A DNA stretch of 63,428 nucleotides, the filler included, from Reclinomonas americana ATCC 50394 (lineage: Eukaryota): the NCBI GenBank assembly GCA_048213135.1. It is 11 parts of 11 records of this genome, joined end to end, with 100 filler letters (N's around TTAATTAATTAA, not from the genome) between each part and the next. Parts side by side here need not be neighbours in the genome. Positions count along the whole stretch, not along the records: positions 41,940 to 49,600 come from AFZH01019785.1; positions 49,701 to 53,690 come from AFZH01019787.1; positions 53,791 to 58,144 come from AFZH01019788.1; 8 more parts are not named here. One strand, written 5' to 3'. Under the pieces are notes generated by a model. That model was not told where the DNA came from, did no database searches, and worked only from the letters and a program-made list of their open reading frames with translations. Both the position numbers and the translations under genes were made by a program. Shown in pieces: positions 46,775 to 58,244 of the stretch (the stretch's first letter is position 1; each line of letters begins with the position of its first letter).

Positions 46775-47539
46775 TCAGCACTTGCCCATCTCCTGCAGCA
46801 AGTCGACTACAAAGGTCAGGTCCTCATCGCACCATGCCGGAACGCCGTAGTGGAACACGCCCTCCTGGCCATTCAGCGTGCCCTGGCCATGCGGCAGAAT
46901 GCCCATAAACTCGCCCTCGTAACGATACTCGACGCCTTTCAGCTTGATGGCCACCGAGTTGACGGACTTGTACTTGCGTAGCGCAGGCTCTTGCATTCTC
47001 TTCCACAGCTCGCATCCACACTCATCGGTCGGTGCGCCACTGGCAGGTGTCAGCATTGCTCCGGCCGCGCCGCCGACAGCGGCCAGCACTGCCGTGCCGC
47101 CGATCACACCCGCACCACCGGCGGCCAACGCGCCACCACCGAGAACGGCCAAACCGTGCGCTGCAGCTGCGGCTCCAGCGAGACCCGGTGCCAAGCCGCC
47201 ACCAATCGCCGCTCCAATGGGGCCGGCGAAAAACGTCAGCACGGCTGCGCCCAACAACGAGATGGCCACTGTTTTCTGGCGCTGCCGGGCCGCGTGGCGC
47301 TCATAGCACGCTTGCACATGTTCGGTTGCCCACTGAGCCAGCGCCGGCGGAATGAAACGCTTGCGAACTAGCTCCGCTCGCATGTCGGAGGCAGCGACAC
47401 ACAGGCCGTGAGCTTCTGTGGCCGGAACACCAGAATGCGTGTGCGTGCGCGATGCTGGCGCCGGCACCATTTTGGCCGGGCAGGGCGCCGGCACAACAAG
47501 GAGCAACAGCAGAAAGATGGCGAGGGTCGAGCGCTTCAT
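46775..47539 (-). CDS. Intronless protein with signal peptide, long Gly/Ala-rich glycine-zipper segment and a C-terminal MORN-like motif
   Basis: MKRSTLAIFLLLLLVVPAPCPA; GPIGAAIGGGLAPGLAGAAAAAHGLAVLGGGALAAGGAGVIGGTAVLAAVGG; YEGEFMGILPHGQG. Confidence 0.75.
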   Translation of the reverse strand: MKRSTLAIFLLLLLVVPAPCPAKMVPAPASRTHTHSGVPATEAHGLCVAASDMRAELVRKRFIPPALAQWATEHVQACYERHAARQRQKTVAISLLGAAVLTFFAGPIGAAIGGGLAPGLAGAAAAAHGLAVLGGGALAAGGAGVIGGTAVLAAVGGAAGAMLTPASGAPTDECGCELWKRMQEPALRKYKSVNSVAIKLKGVEYRYEGEFMGILPHGQGTLNGQEGVFHYGVPAWCDEDLTFVVDLLQEMGKC

Positions 47540-47780
47540 GTGTCTGACAAGTCTGACGAGGGTGACAACAGCGCTGTGGAGGTTGAAGGTCGAGTAGGGG
47601 TCAACTTGGATCGCACGACGCTGCGGGACGATTCCAATACATCCATACATGCTCAACAGTCAGCACCTCACTCAAGAAGCAGTTGTCGGCGTTGAGTTAT
47701 AGCCCATATTCAGGACATACTGCCACTCGGCACAGACGTCATCGCAGCAACTGCGCAAATAAATATCAAAGAAGAGCGGT

Positions 47781-48277
47781 GGGGGCAAGCGCAGGGAAGC
47801 TGTTATAATTACTTCTCGCACACCACCTCCACCATGTCAACAGCTTGCACTCGATCCCCTGCAATTATCTCCCTTCTCTCCCTCGGGGGCAAGCGCGGGG
47901 AAACTGTTACTTCTCGCACACCACGTCCACCATGTCAACAGCTCGCACTCGATCCCCATGTAATTATCTCCCTTCTCTCCCTCATGGGCAAGCGCAGGGA
48001 AGCTGTTACCTTCTCGCACACCACCCCCACCATGTCAACAGCTTGCACACGATCCCCCTGCAATTATCTCCAGTCTCTCCCTCGGGGGCAAGCCCAGGGA
48101 AGCTGTTTCTTCTCGCACACCATCTCCACCATATCAACAAGTTGCACACGATCCCCTGCAATTATCTCCCTTCTCTCCCTCGGGGGCAAGCCCAGGGAAG
48201 CTGTTTCTTCTCGCACACCATCTCCACCATATCAACAAGTTGCACACGATCCCCTGCAATTATCTCCCTTCTCTCCC
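47781..48277. repeat. ~99-bp minisatellite, 5 copies
   Basis: Unit starts GGGGGCAAGC at 47781, 47885, about 47984, 48084 and 48182. Confidence 0.92.
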
Positions 48278-48642
48278 TCTTCTCCTCCTCATCCTTCTCC
48301 CTTCATTCCTCCCCCTTCCTTCCCCTTACAACCCCCTTCTCCTTTTTCCACCCCTCCACTTACCGCTAGCCTGACCCAGCTGTGCACCACCCACATCCTC
48401 GCGGCGCTATGCAAATATCGAGTAACTTGTACATCAGTCCAAAGGCGAGAGATACACAGGCGGACGTTGCGCACGCCGAGACGACGGAGGCTAGTCGACA
48501 ACAACAATCAAGGTCGCACGGTGCACCACCAGCTCGAACTTGCCATGGACGGCAGTCTCCGTCGGCAAAAACATACACTTTCCCCACCGTTACGTTACGA
48601 ATGCTTCCGCTGCTACTGTACATCATCTCTACTCCACAACCC

Positions 48643-49031
48643 TCATGCCGGATCAATACTCAGCTCCGGAAACCCCGTGCTCTCATCCATTCGCCTCGAA
48701 AACTGAACACCCTCGATGCTTCCCAGCAGCACTTCGAGCGTGGTGAACACTGACCGCCCCCCTGTCAGTGAGCAAGGAAGCAACGCACAAGACAAGCTAA
48801 CTTGGGCATACGAACCGCGACAGCCCTCCATTACGTGACCGCCCACGACGTGCCCCTTGGCGTCGGCCAACGCAATGTGCAAGTGGCAGGCGGCACCGCG
48901 TGCGTCCACCGTGCCGCTCAGCGACACAACCTCGAATCGCTCGTCGCGCTCACACAGGTGCGTGGCGACGGAAGACGATGAATCGTAGGCGGCCAGGCGG
49001 ATCACTGCGTGATCGAGACTGCCCACTGCCC
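48643..49031 (-). CDS. PPC/DUF296 domain protein, 5' partial
   Basis: AVGSLDHAVIRLA..FEVVSLSGTV..CHLHIALADAKGHVVGGHVMEGC..VFTTLEVLLG..RRMDESTGFPEL. Confidence 0.88.
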
Positions 49032-50166
49032 TGCGACAATGGGGGAAGGGAGGGTGGCAAACAAGGGAAGCACAATAAGTTGAGAATGACAAGTGGAATC
49101 GACAGTGCGAGAGAGTGGTGGGAGGGACGGCGAGAGGGGGAGAGAGGGGGAGAGGGAGAGGGAGGGAGGGAGAGAGGCGTCCAGTGCTCTATGGCAGGGA
49201 AGAGTTGCAGCAACAAGAATGGCGACGACAAGGAACAGTCAAGCAGAATCAAGGAGAGAGGTCAACGAATCGGAGGGAGAGAGAAGAGAGAAGAGACGTA
49301 ATGGGATGCAGCAAAGGCGCCAAACGATGCATAAGTGTGGATCGGAAAAAAAGGAAACGCCAGGCAACCGAGAATCCGAGAGAGACAGCGAACTTGGTGG
49401 CGTCTGGCAGCGACACGTTGCATCAACACCAATGGCAATGACAAGAGACAGACAGGCAGAAGGAGAGAGGTCAGTGAATTGGCCAACCAGCGACGGACGA
49501 CATGCATGCACCAGAAACGTCAGATCAAGATGAACTGAGATGTGTCTCGTTGGAAAGGGTGATGCCATGCGACTGAAGTTGGCAGAGAGAGAGAGAGAGG
49601 NNNNNNNNNNNNNNNNNNNNNNNNNNNNNNNNNNNNNNNNNNNNTTAATTAATTAANNNNNNNNNNNNNNNNNNNNNNNNNNNNNNNNNNNNNNNNNNNN
49701 TGCTTCACGGATCCGGACCCGGCTTTGCTTTGTTTGCCTGGCTTATGGCCTTCTCCTGAACTCAATGTGCCGTGTACGATCGCAGAAAACGCTATGCATC
49801 TATGCAAGTGCGCCAAATCCACTGGTCAACCACGCTTATGCGGTGAAGATCGCAGTGCTCGACTTGTTCGGAGTTCCGAGAGCGAACACACACACACACA
49901 CACAAGGAACCTGCTGCTGCCTCAAGACTGGCCAGCTGGTGTTTGTGTTGCTGTTTTGGATATGGTTGGACTTGGTCATCAAGACAGCTGTAACTTGTTG
50001 TTGTTAGAAGAGTCATTCGTGCCCTCGTATCTCAAGGTGAGTGACAACTTCGCGAGATTGCAATTGATTCTTCCGACCACCCAATATCTGTTTGTCAGGT
50101 CTCTTCCTCCCTCTTCAAAGAGCGACAACACTCCACCCTTTCCCTCCTTCACCCCCCTCCCTCCCC

Positions 50167-51490
50167 ATGCAGCTCTCCCCCCACTTCTCCCCCCTCCCCT
50201 CCCTCACCGGCGGCCTCCTCCTCGGCGCCGCCAGCTGCCTCCACCTGCTCACCAGCGGCCGCATGACCGCCATCTCCAGCATCGTCAACGCGGCGCTCGT
50301 GAAGCCGGACCACTCGCTCCGTGAGCGACGCGGCCGCCTCGTCTTCCTCAGCGGCCTGCTGCTCACCGAGCCGTTTCTGATTCTGCTGTCCGCCCTCCTC
50401 ACTCAAAATTCCTTCTCCCTCCTCCCCGATTGGTTGTCGCTCGACTCGCCGCGGCAGCTGCTGACCACGGGCATTGCGCTGCCGGGCATTGTGCTCGTGC
50501 TGGGTGGTTTCCTCGTGGGATTTGGCACGCAGGTGGGTGGGTGGGTGGTGAAGGGAGTAGTGCTCGTCTCTCCTGATTTGGAAACCACCACCGCCACCAA
50601 CATTGTCACTGTCAGTGTGGTGCCGGTTGCACGTCTGGCCACGGTGTGTGTGGTCTGGCGCAGCGATCTGCTCGCTCCCTCGCCGCCGTGGTGTCCTTCT
50701 TCGCGGCTGGCATGCTCACACGGTCGCTGGTGGCGCGATTCCTGCCGTGGGTGGCAGGAGGAGAGGTGACGACGACGGTGCCACTGGTGGCAGGCTTCTC
50801 GTGGCTGACAACGGTCGGTGCCATTGGTCTGCTCACGTGGGCCATCTTCTACGCTGCTCGGTGCGTCTCGCCACAGGCCAGTGAATTGTTCTCCTCCCCT
50901 CATGAACTCGCGCACAGTGAGCGCTCGTGGAAGAGCATCGCGGCAACCGTGGTCGACGGCATCTCCGGACTCCTCTTTGGAGTGGGCCTGCTTGTCAGTG
51001 GTTCCGTACTCCTTCCCCTCCTCCACTTCTCTCTCCCCTCTCTTACGTGCGCACAGGCATGGCGAATGCCGAAAAAGTCCTGAACTTCCTCGACCCGTTC
51101 ACCAACGCCTGGGACCCCTCGCTGGCTCTGGTGATGGGCGGCGCCCTCGCCGTCAACCTTCTCGTGTTCCCGGGAATCCTTCGCCAGCCGTCGCCGCTGC
51201 TCACCACCCGCTGGGAGTTGCCACGCAAAACCGACATTACCGATCGGCTGGTGATCGGCTCGGTGCTGTTCGGCATTGGGTGGGGCCTGACGGGCATCTG
51301 CCCCGGTCCGGCCCTCCTCAACTTTGCCGCCGGCATCCCCTCTGCCCTGGTGTTCATGGCGTCCATGCTGTCGGGGATGGCGCTGTACAACATCGCCACC
51401 ACGCGCGGCATGATCCCGGAGAAGTTTGGGCGCACCTGGTTCCACGCTCCGCTTCCGGTGGGCAAGCAGCCGCTGCACATGAAGCAGTAG
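50167..51490 (+). CDS. YeeE/YedE-family sulfur-compound (thiosulfate) transporter, two-module fusion
   Basis: GGLLLG..SGRMTAISSIV; GFLVGFGTQ|CGAGCTSGHGVCGLAQRSARSL; LFGVGLLVSGMANAEKVLNFLD..WDPSLALVMGGA; GSVLFGIGWGLTGICPGPAL. Confidence 0.9.
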
Positions 51491-51854
51491 TGGGGAGTGA
51501 AAGAGAGAGGGACCACACGAAGTAGTGTGCAGTGTAAATAGTGTCGCTGAGGTGCATGCTGCAAGATTGTTCGAATTCCTGGCAAATCCGGATCAGGTTT
51601 TCCTTTTGTCTGCCTGGCTTTGGTCTTCCACGGAGCATCTGCAGACAACGTTGGAGCGCCACATCGAGTCCAGTGTTCAATCGCTGTCATATGTAGCTGC
51701 ACGCGCAGCGATGCAGCTCAAAGTTCCTAGAGTGAACGTTCGAACACGCGTGAAAAACAATTGCAGGCTGCTGCGGAGGCTTTCTTGTGTGTGTGTTCGC
51801 TCTCGGAGCTTCTGCGATCTTCACCGCAATATCGTGGTTGAAAGCGTTTCGATC

Positions 51855-52130
51855 AGCACAGTCGTTGTTGGCGTCGCAGGTTATCGTGTTTCTGAACCGG
51901 CGGAAGCGAACACACATCAACTTCTTTTGGCATGGTGCGGGTGTGCTCCTGTCGTAGGAGAACCCGCACAACTATAGAGGCGACATGTCGCCTTGTCACG
52001 ACCAGCACAATCGCTATTGGTGTTGCAGGTTGTCGTGCGTCTGCAGAAAACCGGCGGAAACGAACAGACTTCAACTTCGTTTTGCATGGTCTGGTCGTGC
52101 ACCTGTCGTAGGAGAATGCGCACCACCATA
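51855..52130. repeat. ~148-bp direct duplication, possibly a decayed Cys-rich coding repeat on the minus strand
   Basis: Two similar blocks ..CCGGCGGAA..CAACTTC..GCATGGT..CCTGTCGTAGGAGAA; one copy is frameshifted relative to the other. Confidence 0.6.
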
Positions 52131-52269
52131 GAGGCACCTGTCCTCACAGTCACACTACTCCACTCGCGCAGCAACGAGCGCCGTCTGTCAACAAACTGCA
52201 AGTGACACACAGGACATTTCATTATTTTGCTTGTCATCAATGAGCGCAACCATGCGACAGCGTGGGGCT

Positions 52270-52569
52270 ATGCTGGACGACGCCAGTGGGTCCACTGAGG
52301 AGCAAGAGGAGCAGTACTTGGACAGCGAAGGTCACCACTGAGTGTGTGTGTGAGAGAGAGGAGTGTATTTTTCCTCACACTGACATGTGTCGTCGCCTGG
52401 CAACAACACAGAGCAAGACAAGGTCATTCTCAACTTGGCCAAACAAGCCGATTACTTTGCCATCATACATCGGGTATGTGTGTGCACTCACTGTGAGACA
52501 CACACACATGCACACACACACACACTCTCTCTCTCACAAGCTCTTCATGCACATGCCTCTCATTCACTC

Positions 52570-52620
<51 letters not shown>

Positions 52621-53272
52621 GTCTCTCTCTCTCCCAGTGTCAGTGCAATCTCTCTCACTCTCTCGCCCTTTTCACACACTCTCCTCGTCTCTTTCTCTGT
52701 CTCTCTCCTCCTCCTCCTCCTCCTCCTCCTCTCTTTCTCGTTCTCCTTCTCTCTCTTCTCCGCGTCTCTCACACACACTCTCTCTCCTCCTCTATCTCTG
52801 TCATTCTCGTCTCTTCTTCCTGTCTCTCCCTCTCGTGTTCCCTCTCTTCCTCCGTCTCCTTTCCTTCTCTCTGTCCCTCCTCCTTCTCTCTCCCTCTCTC
52901 TCTTTCGTCCCTTCTGACTGCCTACCTTGACCTTGTTCTACTTCCTCTTCCTTGCTATGTTCCTTGCTTCCTCTTCCTCTTCTTCACTCACCCGTCCTTG
53001 TCCTCTTCCTCGTCCTCTTTCCCTCCTTCTTCTCTCTCTCTCTCTCTCGGCATTCTCATCCCTCTCCTCGCTTTCTTCTTCTTCTTATCTCTCTCTCTCT
53101 CTCTCAGCTTTTCTCTTCCTTGCTCACTCCCTCACTGTTGCATACTCTATCGTCCTTCTCAGTTTCTCTCTCCTCTCCTCTCTCACTCTCCTCTCTCACT
53201 CTCCTCTCTCTCGGTCATTCTCTTCCCTCTCCCTCGCCCTGGCCCTCTTCTTCTTTTTCTTGTTCTTGATGA

Positions 53273-53306
<34 letters not shown>

Positions 53307-53608
53307 CTTCTTCTTCTTCTTCTTCTCTCTTATCTATCTGTCTCTCTGTCTGCCACCCACTCTTGCTGCCTTTCTCTTCCCTCTCACACTCTCTCCCTTT
53401 CCCTCCTTCCTTTCTCTCAGCATTACTTTTCCCTCCCTCTCCCTCGCCCTCTCCCGACCTACTCTCTCCTTTCCTCTTCTTCATTCACTCCTATACTCTC
53501 TGCCTTTCTCTGCTCTCTTCCTCTCTCTCTCTCATTCTCTCTCACCCCCTCTTCCTCTTCTTCACGCACTCCGTCTCTCATCTGCCTCTCTCTTGTTCTG
53601 TTTGTCTG

Positions 53609-53644
<36 letters not shown>

Positions 53645-53790
53645 TCTTCTTCTTCTCCTCTCTCTACTCTCGACGCACACGACGGAGAGGNNNNNNNNNN
53701 NNNNNNNNNNNNNNNNNNNNNNNNNNNNNNNNNNTTAATTAATTAANNNNNNNNNNNNNNNNNNNNNNNNNNNNNNNNNNNNNNNNNNNN

Positions 53791-53837
<47 letters not shown>

Positions 53838-53843
53838 CTCTCT

Positions 53844-53874
<31 letters not shown>

Positions 53875-53878
53875 TCTT

Positions 53879-53924
<46 letters not shown>

Positions 53925-54654
53925 GTTCTCTTTCTCTCCCCTCACCCTTCCCTTCCCCTCACCCCTCCCTTTCCCTCTTAACTCTTCCCCCTCCCACCCT
54001 TCCCCCTCTCCCACCCTTCCCCCCCTTTCCCCCCTTCTCCCCCCTACAGTGCATCTTCGCCTTCGCCACCTTCTCCGCCGCCTACTTCGCCTTCAACACC
54101 TGGTCGGCACCGCTCGCCGCCTGCGCGCTTTTTGTCACCGGCCTCTTGTCGCTGGCCAAGGTATTTACACGCCCACACAATTCTCTCTTCTCCTTCTCCT
54201 GCTCACCGAATGCCTCCCCTAGTTCGCCTTCTTCCCGACCTGCGCCGCGGGCGTGCACGCCGCCGTCGAGCGTGAAATGGCCTCGTGTTTGCCGACGACT
54301 CCCACCTCGGCCTCGGTCAAACGACAGGCATCATCATCGTCGGAGGCGGAGGAGCGACAGCAACAGCAGCAACACCAACGACCGGACCTGATTGCGCTGC
54401 TCGTGCGCTCGCTGCGTTTCATGATGAGCGACGTGCCGCGGACACTGGTCATCTTTGTCGCGCTGCCGCTGGCCCTCGCCGAGTGCGTGCTCTACGTGTG
54501 CGCGCGACCGACCTCGAATCCACTGTACCCGGTGGGAGCGTTCCTGGCACCTGTCGCCATTCTCTACCACTGGTACAGTGAGCGGTTAGTGCAGTCGAAT
54601 GTGGGCGAGGTGATGGGCTTGCGGGCCCTCAAGTATGACCACAAGAAGGCATGA
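52270..54654 (+). CDS. Small membrane protein gene, probably spanning the 53691 gap
   Basis: 5' exons MLDDASGSTEEQEEQYLDSE|EQDKVILNLAKQ..HR before the gap; TM-rich exons ending GEVMGLRALKYDHKKA* after it. Same strand, compatible halves; the join is inferred. Confidence 0.55.
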
Positions 54655-54769
54655 TCGGTGGGGATAGAGTAGTGTGTGATTGTGTAGAGTGAACAGTGTT
54701 TGGTGGAGTAAGCTCGTAGTGAGTAGATTTCATTCGCAGAATACCACACCTCGATGTTTCTCGCATGTG

Positions 54770-55900
54770 TTGTGGCTTTGCCACGCCACTGACAGATTTC
54801 ATTCGTGAAACTGCACCCTTTCTTCCCTTTGCATGCTCATGCCTTTGATATGTTGCACGCGGATGATGGGGTAACAGATCCTCCACCAAGCCTTCATTCT
54901 TTTTTCTCTTCCCCTTCGATTTTCGCGAGTGCGTGGTGTGCTCGGACGGACTTGTTTCATTCACAAACATGCACCATTCCTTCTCCTCCTCCTCCTTTTG
55001 CTCCCTTCTCCCCCTTCTCCTCTTTGTCAGCTTCGCTGTTATGTTCTTGGCTTGATTTGTTTCATTTCACAGACATGCACCATTCTTCCTCCTCCCCCTT
55101 CCTCCTTCTCTTCCATCTCCCTCCCTTCTCCTCGTCAGTGTTTCACAAGTACTTGATGTGCTCGGACGGACTTGTTTCATTCACAAACATGCATCATTCC
55201 TTCTCCTCCTCCCCCTTCCCCCTTCTCTTCCATCTCCCTCCCTTCTCTTCCATCTCCCTCCCTTCTCCTCACCTACTTTGGTATTCCACACGCGTACTCG
55301 GACTGGCCACCTTTCAGTCAGGAAAACACTCCACGCCTCCTGTCTTTCATTCTCCTCCTTTTGCTCCCTTCTCTCCCTTCTTCTCTTCGTCAGCTTCGCT
55401 ACTATGTGTTCGGACTGCACTCAGTTCATTCACAAACAAGCACGACATCCACTTCCCCCTCCTCCTTCTTTCACTTTCTTCTCTCTGCTTGCGCATGCCA
55501 TCAATTATCCGTGCACGTGTCGTGGGTCAGCATATCTCTCTCCTTCTCACTTCTCTCCTCCCTTCTCCTCACGTTGTTGATAAATCACGCGTCGTCCTCG
55601 CTCTATGCTTGGGCTGACGATCGCTGCACAATGCCTCTGCCTCTTTCTCTCCTTGCTTCCTCTCGTCCTATTCTTCTCCCTTCCCCTTCCTTTCCCCTTT
55701 CCCTTTCCCTTCCCTTTCCCTTTCGATGCATGAGGACTGACTAAATTCTGCACAAAGCACTCCACGTCCTTTTCCCTCTGCATGCTCATGCGCTTGATAT
55801 GTGGCGCGCCGATGACAGGGTGACTGATCCCACCATCCTTCCATTCTTCTCTCCCCTTGCACTCTGATTTCGCGAGTGCGTGGTGGCTTTGCTTTGCCGC
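54770..55900. repeat. Degenerate tandem/dispersed repeats
   Basis: CTCGGACGGACTTGTTTCATTCACAAACATGCA near 54940 and 55160; GCATGCTCATGC..TTCGCGAGTGCGTGGTG near 54830 and 55780. Confidence 0.75.
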
Positions 55901-56181
55901 TGCGTTGCCCGGATTGACTTGCCTCAGTCTCAAAACGTACACTGTTCCTCCTTCTCCTCCTTCTCCTCCTTCTCCCTACCTGCCCCCTCTTCCCCTTCCC
56001 CTTCCCCCTTCCCCCTTCCCCTCCTTCTCCTTTCCCTTTTCTCCCCTTTCTTCCCCCTTCCCCTCCCTTCCCCTTCATTGACATCGCAAACATACATTTC
56101 TCCCCATGCAAAACACACCACCACCGCGCCTCCCTTAACCTTCCCTTCCCTTCCCTCCCCTCGCACATACACCCTCCTTGT

Positions 56182-58001
56182 TCAGCAGTGGTGGAGCGGT
56201 GCGGGCAGTGGAACGGCTTCGGCGCCGACTGCCCGCAACGCCTGCATAAAGAGGGGGGAGCGGGACTTGGCCAGCGCGCCGGTGCGGTTTCGTCGCGGCT
56301 GTTGGTGGTGTGCGGATGCCGCCGCGGCGGCGGCGTGCAGATGTTGTTGCTTGCGTGCTGCTATTGCCGTTGTAGCCACCGGTGGCGACGGCGACTTGCG
56401 TGCCGTGCGCGTCGCCGTTGGCATGGCGCGCGTCGTGGTCATGTCCTCGGCCGACGACACGCTCACCGGCAGCATGAGCATCTTCGAGTCGAGGATGCGC
56501 TGCTGGGCCTCGAGGGCCGCCGGAATGTCGAGGAACAATTGCACCTCGCGGTCACTGGTGGCCAGCAGGCACATGCTGCCGTCGTTGGTCCACGCACCCG
56601 ACGTGATAATGCCGGCGTGCAGACGCGGCATCTCCGCCTGCAGCGCCTTGTCCGAGTCGATAATGTGCGCCGACTTGCCGCCGCCGACCAAAAAGTGACC
56701 GGACGGAGTCGGGCGCCATGCCACAAAGGTGGAGTCGGCCGGCGCCTCCCAGTACTCGACCATCTTCTTGCGCGCAATGTTCCACACACAGACGCGGGCG
56801 TCCGAGGCCAGCGTGGCCAGTCGGCTGCCGTCGTGGCAAAACGCGGCGCTAATGACTTGAATGTGGTGCTCGTCGGCGCCAATGGCCGTGTGCTGCAGCC
56901 GTTGCATCACCGTGTGCGTGAATTTCGGCGACAGTGTGAGGTGGTGCACGCAGGCGGTGCCGTCCATTGACGCGGTGACGAGGCGGGAGCCGTCGGGCGA
57001 GAACGCCAGGTCGTTGATGGCGGCCGAGTGCGGGCAGCACGAGAACAGCAGGCGGTTGTGGCCCACGAGTGAGGCACGCGGACCCCACACCATCAGCTGA
57101 CCGCGCTCGTCGGCCGACGCCAGCACAGTGTTGGACACTTGGACTTTCGAGGCCTTGGCGCACAGAACCTGTATTCAGGAAAGGGAGGGGCGTGTGTTAG
57201 AGGAGGAGAGGGACGGGAGAATAAGGAGGGCATGTACCTTGCAGTTGTGACCCTCCAGAACAAACACGCAGTGGCCATCCGAGCAGTCCCACACACTGTG
57301 GTTGTCGCCGAGGTGAGAATGATGAGTGAGAAAAGATGCTTTTGCCTCTGTGCACTCACCGCACAGTGCCATCGTTGGAGGTGGAGCAGAGGAACCGACC
57401 ATCGGGCTGGAAGAACGACACCGAGTTGATGACCGCCTCGTGGCCCTCCAAGGTGAGGCTCTCGCAGCCGTCGGCGGGCGCGAACTCGTGACCGACTTGC
57501 GGCACATTGGAGACAAACGACGACGAGTCGCGACTGGCCAGCATCTCGCGCGAGTACCAGATGCGCACGCAGCAGTCCATGGAACCAGTGGCCAGCACCG
57601 ACGAGTCCGCCGGATGCGCGTCAATGGTGGTGATGGGACCGCGATGACCCTTGAACACACCCTGCACAGCACAACAGCGCAGCGAGTCAGACTGCAGGTT
57701 CTGTGTCGTCTCTTGCTTGCCTGTCTCGACACGCAACAATGAGCTCGAGTGGAGACTGGCGCTCGACCACCGCACCGGGATCGGTCGGCGACATGACCGA
57801 CAGTGGGGTGGTGGCGCCGGCAGAGGAACCACTGCTGCAGCCCTCCTCGTCGCTGCACGGGGTCGACGAGCTATGACTGCGCCACAGTTCCTTGGCTCGC
57901 GGCGACGCCACAGGCGAGTGCTCGGGCGTCGAAGTTGCAGAGCATCCGCACGAGCACAAACTGGCGGAGAAGCTCGACGGCGACGGTGGATTGCTGCTCA
58001 T
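56182..58001 (-). CDS. WD40-repeat protein (divergent repeats, Ser-rich N-terminus); 3' end uncertain
   Basis: FKGHRGPITTIDAHP..LATGSMDCCVRIW; LEGHEAVINSVSF..STSNDGTVRVWD; HSAAINDLAFSPDGSRLVTASMD. Confidence 0.85.
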
Positions 58002-58244
58002 GTGAACGAAAAAAGGGACCACTAACGGTTTCGTGTGCAGGTGTGCGTGCGTGTGTGTGTGTGTGCCTTGGCTCACACAACAACAAACTCGAGTAAGAAG
58101 CGTCCCAACATGCGTCGCCTCGGAAAAAAAGGGGACCACTCCAGNNNNNNNNNNNNNNNNNNNNNNNNNNNNNNNNNNNNNNNNNNNNTTAATTAATTAA
58201 NNNNNNNNNNNNNNNNNNNNNNNNNNNNNNNNNNNNNNNNNNNN

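Noticed and set aside
47781..48277. Regularly spaced repeats resembling a CRISPR array
   Set aside because: Whole units are repeated with no unique spacers, there are no cas genes, and the context is eukaryotic.
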